DNA of 63,818 nucleotides, filler included, from Octopus bimaculoides (Eukaryota), in the NCBI RefSeq assembly GCF_001194135.2. It is 7 parts of 7 records of this genome, joined end to end, with 100 filler letters (N's around TTAATTAATTAA, not from the genome) between each part and the next. Parts side by side here need not be neighbours in the genome. Positions count along the whole stretch, not along the records: positions 59,708 to 62,460 come from NC_069001.1; positions 62,561 to 63,818 come from NC_069009.1; 5 more parts are not named here. One strand, 5' to 3'. The translations under genes and the position numbers were made by a program. How positions within the stretch are numbered: position 1 is the stretch's first letter; each line of letters starts with the position of its first letter. Positions 61,745 through 63,818 of the stretch are shown in pieces. The notes beneath the pieces were generated by a model that searched no databases, had not been told where the DNA came from, and worked only from the letters and a program-made list of their open reading frames with translations.

Positions 61745-62175
61745 TTGGTACAAGGACAGCAATTTCAGGAGGAAATATGATATTGAGCCAAGTGTTTGAC
61801 TGGTACTTAATTTATCGACTCCGAAAGGATGAAAGGCAAAGCCGACCTCGGAGGAATTTGAACTCAGAACGTAACGAGAGACGAAATACTGCTAGGCATT
61901 TCGCCCGGCGTGCTAACGATTCCCCCAAGTCGTCGCCTCACGTATTATTATACATAATAATCCTTTCTACTAAAGGCACAAGGCCTGAAATTTGGTGGGA
62001 GGGGACTAGTCGATTACATCGACCCCAGTGTTTCACTGGTACTTAATTTCTCGATCCCGAGAGGAGGAAAGACAAGGCCTACCTCGGCGGAATTTGAACT
62101 CAGAACGTGACAACGGATGAAATGCCGTTAAGCATTCTGCACCGGCGTGCTAACGCTTCTGCCCGCTTGTCACCT
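61745..62175 (-). mobile_element. Two tandem SINE family C copies
   Basis: Two copies of ACTGGTACTTAATTT(A/C)TCGA..CTCGG(A/C)GGAATTTGAACTCAGAACGT..CGGCGTGCTAACG at ~61798-61920 and ~62036-62160. Confidence 0.88.
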
Positions 62176-62219
62176 TAGGTAAAGCTAATATTAGTAATTC
62201 ACTAAATATCACTGCAATT

Positions 62220-62460
62220 CAGTGATTCCCAAAGTGGGCAGCATTGCCCCCTGGTGGCAGTGGAAAGTTCTAAGGTGGCCTTGGAGAAAAGTAGAGCGAT
62301 AATAGGGGAGTGATTCCTGTAAAAATTGGGGCGAAAATAGAGGAGTGATGCATGTAAAAACTACAAAATAATGGGTTCACTAGGTTAAGTTTTATTTGTG
62401 AAATACAGTTGCTTTGAATTTGCTTCAGAAAGAGGTCTATGTTTGTGATGGTTAGTTGGG
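62220..62460. mobile_element. hAT-like MITE, left part
   Basis: CAGTGATTCCCAAAGTGGGC..CCCCCTGGTGGCAGTGG, similar in layout to 42152-42488; runs into a gap. Confidence 0.55.
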
Positions 62461-63584
62461 NNNNNNNNNNNNNNNNNNNNNNNNNNNNNNNNNNNNNNNN
62501 NNNNTTAATTAATTAANNNNNNNNNNNNNNNNNNNNNNNNNNNNNNNNNNNNNNNNNNNNGCTCTGACATTTCCGATTAACTAGACTGTTCGTAAACACG
62601 TGTGTTGCTTATTTTTTCAATTAGCGAAAAATTGTTACAAACACAGATACGCACAGTGTAATTTATTATATAAACAATATATGCGTATGAATTACCATTT
62701 TTCAGTAATTTTGTCTGCTTCAAAAGAAAACAAACCAAAAAACCGGATGAAATATGTCAACAGGGAATAACATTTTTCTCACAGGCAAAAAATTATTGTT
62801 TACAAAACAGCAGTAACTGTATTCAGCTGAATAGACGTCAGTGATTGGTTGAAATTACAGAAATACGACAACTTTAACATGAAATAACTTGCGATGTACA
62901 ATGTTTTGTTAAGAAGGCTAAGAGAAGAAGTTGTTTTATATGACACATTCTACCAGTGTCCCAAGTTTGAAAGTGTTTCGTTAAGAAAACAAGTGTTGCC
63001 CGTCAAACCAAAAAGATCCCTTTTTTCTTCTCCCATTTCGTCAACTGACAGCCACGGAAGGAGCCGGTTACAATGTTTTGGCCGATCGAGTTATATCGAA
63101 ATGATGCCTGTGGATTTCCCAAAACTCCTCTCCCCATCCCCTCGGAAACATATTTCCAACAAATCTTTAGGTACACTCTATCGACAGGATCTAAGAGATT
63201 ATGTGTTGACAGTTTCGATACAATTCATCCATTTTTCTGGAAGTTATGAGGCAACAAAGCCAGTGGCTTGGGGTATACATCTGTAGTTATGCCTTCTTTT
63301 ACACACACACAAAAACGCAAGTGTGAAACCCGTTTCCTTGGAACGTTGTTCCTCACTCCTTTATGACAGACATCGCCATTGCAATTCTTTTCTCCACTTT
63401 GTCTTTTCAGCCTAAAATGAAACGTAGATCTTCCTTTTCCAAACTTGGCAGCGATGGACAGTGCAGAAGGAAGCTTCCATAGCTAGAAATAGCAGCCAAA
63501 TCCCGCAGAAATCGTAGACATCTCTCTTCCATAGTTAGAAATAGCAGCCAAATCCCACACAATACAGGTACTACTCAAGCAGAG

Positions 63585-63690
63585 CGGACCCGAACGCGCA
63601 GTCGCGCGTCCGCGCTAGCTAGTCGTGAGTGGTCGATCCTACGAAAAGTGCGCGCGTGCAAATGAATACATGTGTGCGCGTGCGCACGTA
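63585..63690. promoter_or_regulatory. Short CpG-dense patch (possible promoter-proximal DNA)
   Basis: GCGGACCCGAACGCGCAGTCGCGCGTCCGCGCTAGCTAGTCGTG..GTGCGCGCGTGC; compositional evidence only. Confidence 0.25.
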
Positions 63691-63818
63691 TGCAAATTAG
63701 TAAATAATTTCTTTTAAACAAAGTAAATAATTTTTTAAAAATTACTTTTTCTTTTCTAAACAACGTAGATAGGTAGAAGGAATAAAAATAACACACTATC
63801 TGTTTTTGTTAACTTCAT

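Overview
Eukaryotic, AT-rich, repeat-dominated genomic DNA. The SINE/LINE/mariner repertoire and microsatellite load look like an octopus or other coleoid cephalopod; this taxon call is an inference from recognised repeat style, not a search. About 11 kb is N. Six 100-bp gaps carry a TTAATTAATTAA spacer that appears to mark scaffold joins. The only host coding sequence I can support is the terminal exon of a secreted group I/II-like phospholipase A2 (+, 20269-20411); its upstream exons are not visible. The rest is transposon debris: (1) a chain of about nine minus-strand R4/Dong-type RLE LINE fragments, with at least six different C-termini, strung on (ATT)n tracts at 9.6-18.0 kb; (2) a Penelope-like element lacking its RT; (3) a mariner whose 3' end lies 4.7 kb away in the opposite orientation, suggesting an inversion; (4) Tigger, mariner and hAT MITEs, two large hairpin elements and an RTE tail; (5) dozens of copies of about five SINE families. 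Repeat copies in the 43.2-59.6 kb block show CpG-to-TpG decay that the same families lack elsewhere, suggesting a germline-methylated domain. Nearly all ORFs in the supplied track are microsatellite or N-gap artefacts. SINE family letters A-F are my own labels, and many repeat boundaries are approximate.
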